Assembly: GCA_964412635.1 (NCBI GenBank)
Contig: CAYPPQ010000002.1
Location: forward strand, 1 to 62,854
Reading direction: 5' to 3'
DNA length: 62,854 nucleotides
Source of the DNA: an uncultured Planctomycetia bacterium
GTDB taxonomy: Bacteria; Planctomycetota; UBA8108; UBA1146
In this document: positions 1-11,100 of the stretch, one piece after another
Layout of the letters: the number at the start of each line of letters is the position of its first letter
How positions within the stretch are numbered: position 1 is the stretch's first letter
Notes under the pieces: model-generated
Databases searched by the model: none
What the model was told of the DNA's origin: nothing
The model's input: only the letters and a program-made list of their open reading frames with translations
Position numbers and translations under genes: made by a program

Positions 1-1
1 G

Positions 2-3000
2 CTGAAGCGAGCGGTCACAGAGGTCACTCACTCCGATAACGCCGACAAGATCGCAGTGATGGCCCAAAACAGCAGGGCCCGATTCCAGACTGAAGATCCC
101 CATCGAATCAGCATCATCGCCGCAGATACCTCCGAAGCAGCGGGACGTCTGCAGCAGGCGATCGATGGCATCGAGGCGGAGTCCTCCCCACGCTGGAGCC
201 TTCCGACAGGCATCGATCGGAATCATGGGCCCCGGCGCGGATCGCTCGCCATCCTGTTCCCCGGACAGGGCTCCCAGAAACTCGACATGCTGAGACCGAT
301 CGCCTGTCGCTTTCCGGAGATGATGGCGGTTCTCGATGACGCAGAAGGTGTCTTCTGGAGCCAACAGGAGGATCGTGGCCTGGCACGCTACATCTACCCA
401 CCTCGAAGCTGGAACGATACGATCCAGCAGCAACAGGACCAGTTGCGGATGACCGACATCGCACAACCCGCACTGGGGGCGGTGAGCCTCGGTCTCTACC
501 GGACCCTCAACAGGTTTGGTGTCACCGGCGACATCTTTGGAGGACACTCCTTCGGCGAACTCACTGCACTGGCTGCCGCAGGCAGGCTCGGCGATGCAGA
601 CTTCCATCAACTTGCCAACTTCCGTGGCCGATTGATGGCGAGAGCAGGCGGTCCCGATGCAGGTTCGATGCTCGCAGTCGCACTTCCGCTGAGCGAACTG
701 GAACGATTCGTCGCGCAGAATTGCCCGGACCTGGTCATCGCCAATCGTAATGCTCCACAGCAGGCGGTACTGTCCGGTACCGATGCGTCGATTCATCTGG
801 CAATGAACGTTCTGGAACAGCAGAGCATTCGCCATCGAAAGTTGCCGGTGGCTGCAGCTTTCCACTCTCCCGAGGTCGCTTCCGCGGCGGTCCCCTTTCA
901 AGAGGTTCTGGAGAGAGCGAGAATTCACCACTCGGCAGTACCGGTCTTCGCCAACAGCAGTGGCGGTGAGTACCCCTCGGATGAGTCTGAAGCGCGCCAG
1001 TTGCTGGCAAATCAGATTGCTCGACCGGTACAGTTCCTGGAGATGATCGAGGGGATGCTTCGTCGTGGGGCTGGCACCTTCCTCGAAGTCGGACCAGGGC
1101 AGGTACTGACAGGGCTCGTCGATGCCATCATCAAGGATTGCTCGTCAGATGCTTGTGCCTTCTCGATCGATCAGTCGAAACCGGATGGATCCGATCTCGC
1201 CCGTGCCATCGGCCGCCTGGCGGTGGAAGGTCATGAGGTCGATTTACGGGGCTGGGATCCCCACGTCCGTGAGGCTGACAACGCGATGGTGGTGATGATC
1301 GGTGGAGCCAATCTTCGACGGGAGCAAGCGCCAGCGGACGCTCCATCGGTGGCAGCTCCTGCTCCCGTCAAGGACAGCGTCGAGAGCGTAACTTCGCCGC
1401 TGCCCCGGGAGACGACACCGGCCTTGCAACGATCGCAGGAAGCGCTGATGGATGCCATCGAGAGTGCTCTGGAGATGCAGAAGAATCTCGCCGATGCGCA
1501 GAGTGCCGCAGAAAAGGTACTCGAATCGTCACTGGAAGATGTAAAGGCATCCGCGCACATCCCGGAGCCGAGGGAACTTCCCCTTGCCCCCGTCGTCGAA
1601 GAGGTCGCCTCGACCTCGGCGGAACTCCCCTCTCCATCGCAACCGTCCGGCCAGGCAGATGTGGAAATCGCAGCACTTTCTGCCGATCTCATCGAGGTGA
1701 TCGCCAGCAAGACAGGCTACCCGGCCACTGCCATAGGGACTCAACTCGATCTCGAGAGTGATCTGGGCATCGATAGCATCAAGCGGGTCGAAATCCTCTC
1801 TGCATTGCGAGAACGGCGACCCGATCTACAGGCGATCCCCCCCGAGATGCTCGGCACACTGCGAAGCATCGAGGAGATCGCCGGATGGTATGGCAACAGC
1901 AGCGAGCACACTTCCACGCCAGCTGAAGAGGTCGATCGAACCGCGCTGATGGAGGAACTACCGCCACCTGAGGAGGATCGAGATCCACTGCAACCAGTGA
2001 TCTGCCAGGTGGTCGCCGACAAGACCGGCTACCCCGTCGAGGCGATCGGATCGAACCTGGATCTTGAAGCGGATCTCGGCATCGACAGCATCAAGAGGGT
2101 GGAGATCCTCTCGGCTCTTCGAGAAGTACGCCCCGATCTCGACACCATTCCCCCCGAGATGCTGGGAACTCTGCGAACCATCGATTCCATCGTCGACTGG
2201 TATCAACAATCCTCACCAACTCCGGTTGCACAGGTCGAGAGTGATGCGAGCCCACTGCCTCGAGAAAGCGAGAGCACCGTGGATGCACCGGCTGCAGAAT
2301 CGGAGATGGAGTCGGTCACCCTCCTCGATCAGCAGATCGTCCAGGTAGTGGCTGACAAGACCGGCTATCCCGCCGAGGCGATCGGTAGTGATCTCGACCT
2401 GGAAGCGGATCTCGGTATCGACAGCATCAAGCGGGTCGAAATCCTCTCGGCATTGCGCGAAGGACGACCCGATCTGCCTACGATACCACCCGAGTTACTT
2501 GGCACCCTTCGTACCATCGACGCCATCGTCGCCTGGTTGATCGACTCCACGAGTACTGCAACCACGAAATCGCCAACGACTCCGACAGCGACCGATGATC
2601 TTGCACCTGCGACCACCATCGAAGATTCAGTTCACGAAGTTCCGTCACCAATCGTATCTCCGTCATCGCATCCTCAATCGCACGATTCGCAGCCTGTGGT
2701 GCTGCTCGAGGCGGAAGCGGTGGCACTGCCTGAAGGTGATTTCGTAGCGTCAGTTCCGTCAGCCGATACCGATTTCCCGTGGCAGATCGTCTGCGACGAC
2801 ACCGCTCTGGCATCGGAACTGGTCCAGAATCTCACCTCGAGGGGATTCACCAGCAATCATCTGCCGCTCGGGAACATCGAGGAGCCGTTCCCCAACATCT
2901 CAGACCGCAACATCTCGGGACTGATCATCATCATCGATGATCGATCCGCCACAGATGCTGCGGTGGCCAGTGCATTCCGCTGGCTGCGCGAATCTCGACA

Positions 3001-5158
3001 ACATCTTCAGCGATCGGAAACGGGCCAGACTCCTCGTGTCGCTCTGGTCCAGAGATTCGACGGACACTTCGGTCTCGGCAGTTCCTCTGTCACAACGGGA
3101 TCAGGGGATCCAGCGATGGCTGGAATTGCGGGTCTGGCGAAGTGTGCAGCCCGGGAGTGGCCGCAGATCGAGGTTCGATCGATCGATCTGTCGCCAACCA
3201 TCCCATCACCGAAGCAGGCCGCCTCGCTGCTGATCAGTGAACTGCTGGGAGGACAGGGCATCGAGGTGGGGCTGGCACCGGAGGGAAGAGTCGTCGTTCA
3301 ACTGAGGACCTCCCCCACTCGTGAACAGTTGTTTCCGCTGGTGCGCCCGGACGGACTGGTGGTGATCACCGGAGGAGCAAGAGGTGTGACTGCTGCCTGC
3401 GTCACCGAACTGGCTCACCGCTATCGCCCACCTCTTCTGCTTCTGGGCAGGACTCCAGCTCCCGGAAGCGAGCCGGATTGGGCTCGAGAGATTGCCGACG
3501 ATCAGCTGGAACAGCACCTCTTCCAGCGTCAACAGCCAGGACATACCCCGGCAAGCATCCGCAAGAAAGCCCAACTCATCCGCCAGAGTCGTGGCGTTGC
3601 AGCCGCCATCGAAGAACTGGAAGCGATCGGCTGTCGCGTCCTCTATCGATCTGTCGATGTGCGCGATCGAAGCGCGCTCGAGAAGGCCATCGAAGAGGCC
3701 CGAGGTCAACACGGCCCGGTGCGAGGGATCATGCACGGCGCAGGAGTCCTCGCCGATCACTGGATCGAGGACAAGAGCGACGAAGAATTTGCCCGGGTGT
3801 GGAGTACCAAGGTCGACCCTGCCCGCCATCTGATGGACATCTGCCGTCATGAAGAACTCGATTTCATCTCGTTCTTCTCATCGACCACGGCTCGCCTCGG
3901 TCGCAAGGGCCAGATCGATTACGCTGCTGCCAATGAATTCCTCAATCGTCTCGCCACCCTCGAGGCAGCACGACGTCCTGGGTGCCGCGTCCGTAGCATC
4001 GGATGGGGTCCCTGGGCTGGTGGCATGGTCGACGAGGGGCTACGCGATCTGTTCCATGCGGAGGGTATCGAACTGATCCCCCTGCGAGAGGGAGCGAAGC
4101 TATTTGTCGACAAGATGGAATCGGCCTTGCCACCACAGTGCATCGTCGTGGCTCCACTCGATCCAGACGACACCGATCTCGATCGATTCACCACCGATGA
4201 TCAACTCATCTCCTTCGCACCCGTTCCGATGCCACAGCAGAAGAAGTCGGACACACCCCAATCCTCTCCGCCGATCGATGCCACCGAGGTGGTCAGCGCA
4301 GGGGTGAAGGAAGTGCTGGAGACGGTCCAGACGATGCGACTCTCCACCTCCTCCATCCCGGCACTGAAGGATCATGTACTCGATGGAAGAGCAGTGGTTC
4401 CCGCCGCATTCCTTCTCGAGTGGTGTGCAGGTGCAGCGATCCACCGACATCCTGGTCTCGAGTTGCACGGTGTCGATCAGTTCAGGATTCTCAAGGGGAT
4501 CATTCTCGAGTCTCTCGAGGAGCGAGAGATCGTGCTGGCCACCGGCACACCTCGATCAGAGGGGTCACTGTTGAGGGTACCGGTACAGATCCAGGCAACC
4601 GGAGATGGAGGTCGTCTTCACGCCCGATCGGAGGTTTTGCTGGGGGTGCGACAGCCAGCTCGATCGGTGCTGGACTCGCCTCGCTATCAGGAAAATTGTG
4701 CTCCCGATTACTCCACCGATCTCTTCCATGGACCCAGTTTCCGCTCGATTCAGATGGTGTCTCCCATCGAATCGGACAGCATTTCCATCCGCTCGTCGGC
4801 TGCACCGACCATCAGCGAGTGGATCTCGGATACACACCATGCGCAGTGGATCATCGACCCGCTGCGAATCGATGCCGCCTTCCAGGCATTGATCCTGTGG
4901 TCCACTCATGCACATCAACAGCCATGCTTACCCTGTGCCATCTCCAGCCTGAGAGTGCACCAGCCCCTCGATTCGGGATTGCTGGAGACGCGAATTCGCA
5001 TCGACTGGCGAGAGGGATCTCTCGCCCGTGCCAGGGCCGAGATCCTCAATCGCTCCGGTTCCCCTGCCATCACCCTGGAAGGAATCGAAGTGGTCATCGA
5101 TGAATCACTGAGAAGTGCATTCCGCCGTGACCGGTTGACGGAAGAAGCCCACCCTTGA
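2..5158 (+). CDS. pfaA: PfaA-type iterative PKS/PUFA synthase subunit, 5'-truncated (MAT - 3xACP - KR - DH; KS presumably upstream of the window)
   Basis: The frame of ORF 56..5158 is open back to base 2, so the gene begins before the window. Motifs: MAT LFPGQGSQ, GHSFGE, AAFHS; three LGIDSIKRVEILS ACP cores; KR ITGGARGVT and DYAAAN; PKS-type DH HVLDGRAVVP and DAAFQ. Confidence 0.93.
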   Translation: MKRAVTEVTHSDNADKIAVMAQNSRARFQTEDPHRISIIAADTSEAAGRLQQAIDGIEAESSPRWSLPTGIDRNHGPRRGSLAILFPGQGSQKLDMLRPIACRFPEMMAVLDDAEGVFWSQQEDRGLARYIYPPRSWNDTIQQQQDQLRMTDIAQPALGAVSLGLYRTLNRFGVTGDIFGGHSFGELTALAAAGRLGDADFHQLANFRGRLMARAGGPDAGSMLAVALPLSELERFVAQNCPDLVIANRNAPQQAVLSGTDASIHLAMNVLEQQSIRHRKLPVAAAFHSPEVASAAVPFQEVLERARIHHSAVPVFANSSGGEYPSDESEARQLLANQIARPVQFLEMIEGMLRRGAGTFLEVGPGQVLTGLVDAIIKDCSSDACAFSIDQSKPDGSDLARAIGRLAVEGHEVDLRGWDPHVREADNAMVVMIGGANLRREQAPADAPSVAAPAPVKDSVESVTSPLPRETTPALQRSQEALMDAIESALEMQKNLADAQSAAEKVLESSLEDVKASAHIPEPRELPLAPVVEEVASTSAELPSPSQPSGQADVEIAALSADLIEVIASKTGYPATAIGTQLDLESDLGIDSIKRVEILSALRERRPDLQAIPPEMLGTLRSIEEIAGWYGNSSEHTSTPAEEVDRTALMEELPPPEEDRDPLQPVICQVVADKTGYPVEAIGSNLDLEADLGIDSIKRVEILSALREVRPDLDTIPPEMLGTLRTIDSIVDWYQQSSPTPVAQVESDASPLPRESESTVDAPAAESEMESVTLLDQQIVQVVADKTGYPAEAIGSDLDLEADLGIDSIKRVEILSALREGRPDLPTIPPELLGTLRTIDAIVAWLIDSTSTATTKSPTTPTATDDLAPATTIEDSVHEVPSPIVSPSSHPQSHDSQPVVLLEAEAVALPEGDFVASVPSADTDFPWQIVCDDTALASELVQNLTSRGFTSNHLPLGNIEEPFPNISDRNISGLIIIIDDRSATDAAVASAFRWLRESRQHLQRSETGQTPRVALVQRFDGHFGLGSSSVTTGSGDPAMAGIAGLAKCAAREWPQIEVRSIDLSPTIPSPKQAASLLISELLGGQGIEVGLAPEGRVVVQLRTSPTREQLFPLVRPDGLVVITGGARGVTAACVTELAHRYRPPLLLLGRTPAPGSEPDWAREIADDQLEQHLFQRQQPGHTPASIRKKAQLIRQSRGVAAAIEELEAIGCRVLYRSVDVRDRSALEKAIEEARGQHGPVRGIMHGAGVLADHWIEDKSDEEFARVWSTKVDPARHLMDICRHEELDFISFFSSTTARLGRKGQIDYAAANEFLNRLATLEAARRPGCRVRSIGWGPWAGGMVDEGLRDLFHAEGIELIPLREGAKLFVDKMESALPPQCIVVAPLDPDDTDLDRFTTDDQLISFAPVPMPQQKKSDTPQSSPPIDATEVVSAGVKEVLETVQTMRLSTSSIPALKDHVLDGRAVVPAAFLLEWCAGAAIHRHPGLELHGVDQFRILKGIILESLEEREIVLATGTPRSEGSLLRVPVQIQATGDGGRLHARSEVLLGVRQPARSVLDSPRYQENCAPDYSTDLFHGPSFRSIQMVSPIESDSISIRSSAAPTISEWISDTHHAQWIIDPLRIDAAFQALILWSTHAHQQPCLPCAISSLRVHQPLDSGLLETRIRIDWREGSLARARAEILNRSGSPAITLEGIEVVIDESLRSAFRRDRLTEEAHP
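1688..2540 (+). repeat. Three tandem near-identical ACP-coding repeats inside pfaA (about 1690-1890, 1995-2200, 2335-2540)
   Basis: Three copies of V(I/V)A(S/D)KTGYPxxAIGxxLDLE(S/A)DLGIDSIKRVEILSALRExRPDL, separated by Pro/Ser/Glu-rich linkers. Boundaries are approximate. Confidence 0.92.
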
Positions 5159-8100
5159 AAGCTGTGGCAGTTGTCGGATACGGCTTGCGATATCCGGAGG
5201 CTCCAGATCCGGATTCCTTCTGGAACGTGATCCGCAACGGGCGAGACACTTCCAGGCAGGTACCTGACGATCGCTGGACCCTGAACCGAACCGAGGCTCT
5301 CGGGGGTGCCCAGCCTGAATCGGATCGAGTCAGGTCAGACCGGGGTTGTTTCATCGACCCCCCGGAGGGCCCCCTCGGCTTCTTCGACCCGGAACTTGCC
5401 AGTGCCATCGATCCCTCGGCGCGACTTGCCGTGATCGCCGGAGTCGAAGCAGCAAGGAAACACCTCGATGTCCTCGATCGCGACAGGACCAGCGTGATTC
5501 TCGGGCAGTTGCTCTTACCCACCGATTCTTACTCCGCCATGGCGGAGGCGATCATCGGGGACACCCTGGAAGAACTGGTCCTCGATTCACAGGGTAGAGA
5601 AGATCGACGTCCACGGGGAACTGCTCGCTGTCATCCACTCGATCGGTTCGACGCAGCCCTGCCAGCAGCTGCACTTCAGCGAGCACTGCAGCTACGCGGT
5701 GGTGCTTATACCCTCGATGCCGCCTGCGCATCCTCTCTCTATGCCATCGCCCAGGCGTGTCGCGACCTCGATTCCGGTCGTTGCGATGCAGCCCTGGCAG
5801 GAGGAGTCTCTCGACCCGATTGCCTCTTTACCCAGATGGGGTTTTCACAGCTCAAGGCTCTCTCTCCAGAGGGACGATGCCGACCCTTCGACAGCAGAGG
5901 ACAGGGACTCATCGTCGGTGAAGGCGCGGGAGTTCTGCTCCTGAAACGCCTCGAAGATGCGGACCGGGATGGTGACACCGTACTCGGCGTGATTCGTGGT
6001 ATCGGTCTCTCCAATGACATGGCGGGTGGTTTGCTGGCCCCTTCCGGTGAGGGACAACTGCGGGCGATGCGCAGCGCATACGCAGATGCTGGATGGACCC
6101 CCGATCAGGTCGACTACATCGAGTGCCATGCCACCGGTACCCCGGTCGGCGATGCCACCGAACTGAGAAGTTTGATGCAACTGTGGGAAGGCCCTTCCTG
6201 GCGACCTGGACAGTGTGCCATCGGATCGGTGAAGGCCAATATCGGGCACACCCTCACCGCCGCCGGCGCTGCTGGAATCATCAAGGTGTTGCTTGCGATG
6301 GATCGCGAGGAGATCCCGTGTCACCCCGACCACCAATCGCCCCCCGAGGGGATCGAACTGGACTCTTCCCCCTTCCGGATTCCACGGCAGCCACAGGCGT
6401 GGTTGCGTCGCTCCGGTGCACCGAGGCGCGCCGCCGTGAGCGCATTCGGATTCGGAGGCATCAACGCCCACCTGCTGGTGGAAGAGGCGGTGAAACCCAC
6501 GACCCCTACCATCTCGGTCAGTACACCGGTAACGACTCCATCACCGATCGCCATCGTCGGAATCGGTGCCATCGCCGGTCGCCATCACCACCTTCATCAG
6601 GTGGCTCCTGCACTTCTTGGACAACCGATCGACAGCCCACCGCAACCACTGCCCGGTGACCTGGGAATCCCCGGAGCCCGCTGGGTCAAGGAACGACAGC
6701 TGGACTTCACCGGTGGAGAGAGTTGCGGAAGGCTGAGGGCATCCCCCGTCGAACTTCGAATTCCACCCACCGAGTTGAATGAGATGCTTCCGCAGCAGCT
6801 GGCACTACTGGACGTGGCACGAGAAGCGATTGCCGGTGCAAGGCTGGCTGACCTCGGTGAACGAGGTGGACTCTTCGTGGGACTGGGACTCGATCCTCGC
6901 AGTAGTTTCTTCCACCTGCGCTGGATGATGCCCGATCGTGCCCGACACTGGCTGCGTGAACTTGGAATCGATGCCGATCCAGATGAAGTGGACGAATGGA
7001 TCGAGCTTCTTCGTGATGAGACGGGCCCGCCACTCGATGCCAACAGGGTGATGGGTGCCCTCGGCAGCATCGCAGCGAGTCGCATCGCACGGGACCTGAA
7101 TGCCGGAGGCCCGGCACACACCGTCAGTTCTGAAGATTCATCGGGATATCGAGCGGTGGAGATGGCGGTCAGGGCATTGCAGGATGGCGTCGTCGACGTG
7201 GCGCTGGCTGCCTCCGCTGACCTGGGACTGGATATCCTCTCCCGCACCCTCGATGCCAACGAGTTCCTTCCCCCTCACACCGAATCTGCCGTGGCCTTCG
7301 TCCTCAAACGACTCGCTGATGTGACCGATGTCGATGGTCCGATCATCGCCACGATCGATGGGCTGGGCAGCGCATCCGGTGGCAACCTGGCGGCAGAGGA
7401 GTTTTCCTCCTCGATCAGGGAAACAGCTCGACTGAAGGCGCTTCGAGACGCTTCCATCACCGGCGACTGCATCGATCTCTTCTGCAACGACGAAATCAAC
7501 AGTCGCACTGGAGAACTGGCAGGGCGCCCCGGCTGGAAGGTGACCCTTCCCGCAACACTGGCCTCCTCCGGCTGCAGTTCCTTCCTGCTATCGATGCTCC
7601 AGGGAATCTGCGCAGCACACTGGAGCGTGCTCCCCGCTGATGATCAGCAGCCCCCGGTTCCATGGGTCCCCGATCGATCCGACCGAAGACGGATCCTCGT
7701 GGAAAACAGCGGAAGGCTCGGCGATTGCGGGGCGATGGTGATCTCTGCTGAAGAGCTGGTTCCCCGCCTCGAGACCGACGAGAAACCCCAGCTACGCTGC
7801 TGTGGGGAACCAACCCATGGTGTCATCAGTCTGGAAGGTGCCGATCCCCGTTCCATCGAATCCCTCGCCGATGAACTCTCCGAGATGCTTCCCTCATCTG
7901 CTGCAAGCAGTGCTTCCCTTGCCCGACAGTGGTTGGAGAATCATCCAAGGCTTCCACACGCTGCACGAGCAGTCACCATCGTCTTCAAGTCTCAAGATCA
8001 ACTGCCTGCGGCGATCGATTCGATACCAGCCTTGTTGCGTGGCAATGCAATCGAACTGAAGGGCCCAGGCTGGGAGATACACCGCTCGTCTGATCCCCCC

Positions 8101-11100
8101 CTCGGATACTCCGGTGATGTGACCTTTCTCTATCCAGGATCGGGAAGTCTCTATCCCGGCGCAGGAGCGCGGTTACTCGCTCGATACCCCGGCGCAACCG
8201 ACCACGGAGCACGAACCTCCGGTGACCTGTCTCGCTGGCTCGGAACTCCCGATTGCTGGCGCCCGGATGCACCGCTACCGCGTGATCCGAGGGATGCCAT
8301 CCTGGCGCAGGTCAACCTCGGCTGCATCGGTTCTGACCTGCTCTTCGGATGCGGAATAGTGCCACAACGTGCGGTCGGACACAGCCTCGGCGAGACCACC
8401 ATGCTATTTGCATTGCGTGCATGGCGAGATCGAATCCCGATGCAATTGCGCCTCGAGGATGATGATCTGTTCAGCCACTGGCTCGCTGGGGAGCACCGTG
8501 CAGCGGCGCGAGCGTGGAACCTCCCGGTCGGCAGTCGAGCCCCCTGGGGTGCAGCGGTGATCGATGCTCCTGCGGAGGAGATCAAGGCGGCCATCGAGGA
8601 GCACCCGAGGATCTACCTGCTGGTGGTCAACGCCGTGACAGAATCGGTGATCGGTGGAGATCCACAACAGGTGGAGATGCTGTGCCAAGAACGGGGGTGG
8701 ACTCCCATCTGGCTCCACGGAGTCACCTCCGTCCACTGTCCGCTGGTGTCGCAAGTTGCCAGCAGATACAGAGAACTGCACCACTGGCCTGTCCACCTTC
8801 CCTACCGTGGTGTGATCCTCCACTCCACCGCCACCGGAGAGGAATTGCCCGTAGACAGCGACGCCATCGCTGACTCACTACTGAAGCAGGCTACCGAGGG
8901 ATTTCACTTCCCCCATCTTCTCCAGAAGCTCTGGAAATCAGGGTCGAGGATCTTCATCGAGACGGGGCCAGGTGCATCCTGCTCGAGACTCGCCAGAAAA
9001 GCGCTGGCAGGATTGCCGCAGCGCACCCTTCCTCTCTTCTGGAGGGGAGAGGATGAGGAGTTGTCCCTCGCTCGCATCCTTGCGGTTTGCATCGCAGAAC
9101 GTGTGGCAGTGGATCTTCCTGCATTCCTCGGGACCTCCTCCCACTCGGCCACCTCCATCGACAGCCTGGAGATCGAGGACGGCCGGCATTCGATGATCGT
9201 GCCGCCCCTTCCTGCCACTCGACCGATCACGGCGATCCCTCCACTGCATCCTCGATCGGTCCCGAGTAGAGAAACGGCTGCGGTGAGTACCGAAACAGCA
9301 CCGCAGAGGGACCAGTCGATGGTCTCGCCGACCATCGAGCCGATCCCTGAAGCTGCCGTTGCTTCCCCCACCACCAGGATGTCTCTGCAGGGCCGACTAC
9401 ATCGAGCACGCCAGCTCCGCTCCGAACTCAGTGCCCGCTGGAAGGGTGATGTTCAGCAACCCACCGAATCGGTCGGCCACATCGAGATCGAACCACTTCA
9501 GCACGAAACTGAGGTTATAGATCCTCCTCTGATCGATCGGGACCAGTGCCTCGAATTCGCTCGTGGGCGAGTGGGACCGGTACTGGGGCCCGACCATGCC
9601 GCCGCCGATCACTTTCCATCGAGGGTGCGACTTCCCGACGAGCCGTTGATGCTGGTCGACCGCATCCTCGAACTGGAAGGGGAACCTCTTTCCCTGGGAC
9701 CGGGACGCATCGTCACCGCCCATGACATCCTGCCCGATGCCTGGTACCTGGATGCGGGAAGAATCCCCACCTGCATCGCGGTGGAGGCGGGACAGGCGGA
9801 CCTGTTCCTGTCGGCATACCTGGGGGCGGATCTTCATACCCGAGGCCTCTCCGTCTATCGACTCCTCGATGCCCAGGTCATCTTCCATGACGAGCTTCCT
9901 GGAGCCGGCAACACCATCATCTACGACATTCACATCGATGAGTTCTTTCGCCAGGACAAGACGCTTCTGTTTCGCTTTCATTTCGAGGGTTCGGTCGACG
10001 GAGTTCCCCTGATCTCGATGCGTGACGGATGTGCTGGTTTCTTTTCGGAAGAGGAACTCGCCTCGGGGCGGGGAATCGTTCACGCTCCCCATCGACCTCG
10101 AGCCAAGGCCATCTCTCCCGCCGGGTGGAATCCTCCCGCCGGAACTGACCACCGACGTCTCGCCGACCATGCTGTCGATGCGCTGCGCAAGGGTGACCTC
10201 GCCGGTGCCTACGGAAGCCGCTTCTCCCGACTCGATCTCCGATCGCCAGCAAGATTACCGGGTGGCAAGATGAGGCTACTGGATGAGGTGACGAGCCTGG
10301 AACCGTGTGGTGGTGATTGGGGACTGGGAAGAGTCGTCGCAGAACTCGCCATCCATCCCGACGACTGGTTTCTCACCTGCCACTTCAGTGATGATCCCGT
10401 GATGCCAGGGACCCTGATGTACGAGTGCTGTCTCCACACCCTGCGGACGCTTCTAGGCGCATGGGGCTGGGTCGGGGAAGATGACGAGGTGATTCCGATG
10501 CCTGTAACGGGAATCCCGGGTCGCCTGCGCTGCCGCGGACAGGTACTGCCAGAGACCGCCAGGGTCAGTTACGACGTGCAGGTGAAGGAGATCGGCTTCG
10601 AGCCGGAACCCTACGTCATCACCGATGCGACGATGCTCGCCGATGGGCGACCGATCGTCGAGATGGAGGGGATGTCGCTGAGACTTGTCGGTTTGACCCG
10701 GCAACGGATCGAGCAGATCTGGACCAGTGGTGCCGAGATCACGGAAGTTGCCAGCAGCGAGGAACAGCGGTCGATTCCCGAGTCCGCTGCCGGTGGTGGC
10801 GGCGACGCACCTGCAATCGGCTCGCAACTTGCGACACTGTACGATCATCAGCAGATTCTCGAGTTCGCAACAGGTCGTCCATCGAGGGCGTTCGGAGATC
10901 GCTACCTGCCCTTCGACGAAGATCGTTTCATCGCCAGATTACCCGGGCCTCCATATTGCTTCCTCGATCGCATCGTCGATGTCAAAGGTACGCCGTGGGT
11001 GATCGAACCTGGTGCAGCATGTACAGCGGAGTACCATGCTCCGCAAGACGCCTGGTACTTCGATGCAGGTGGCCAGGGAGAGATGCCCTTTGCCGTACTG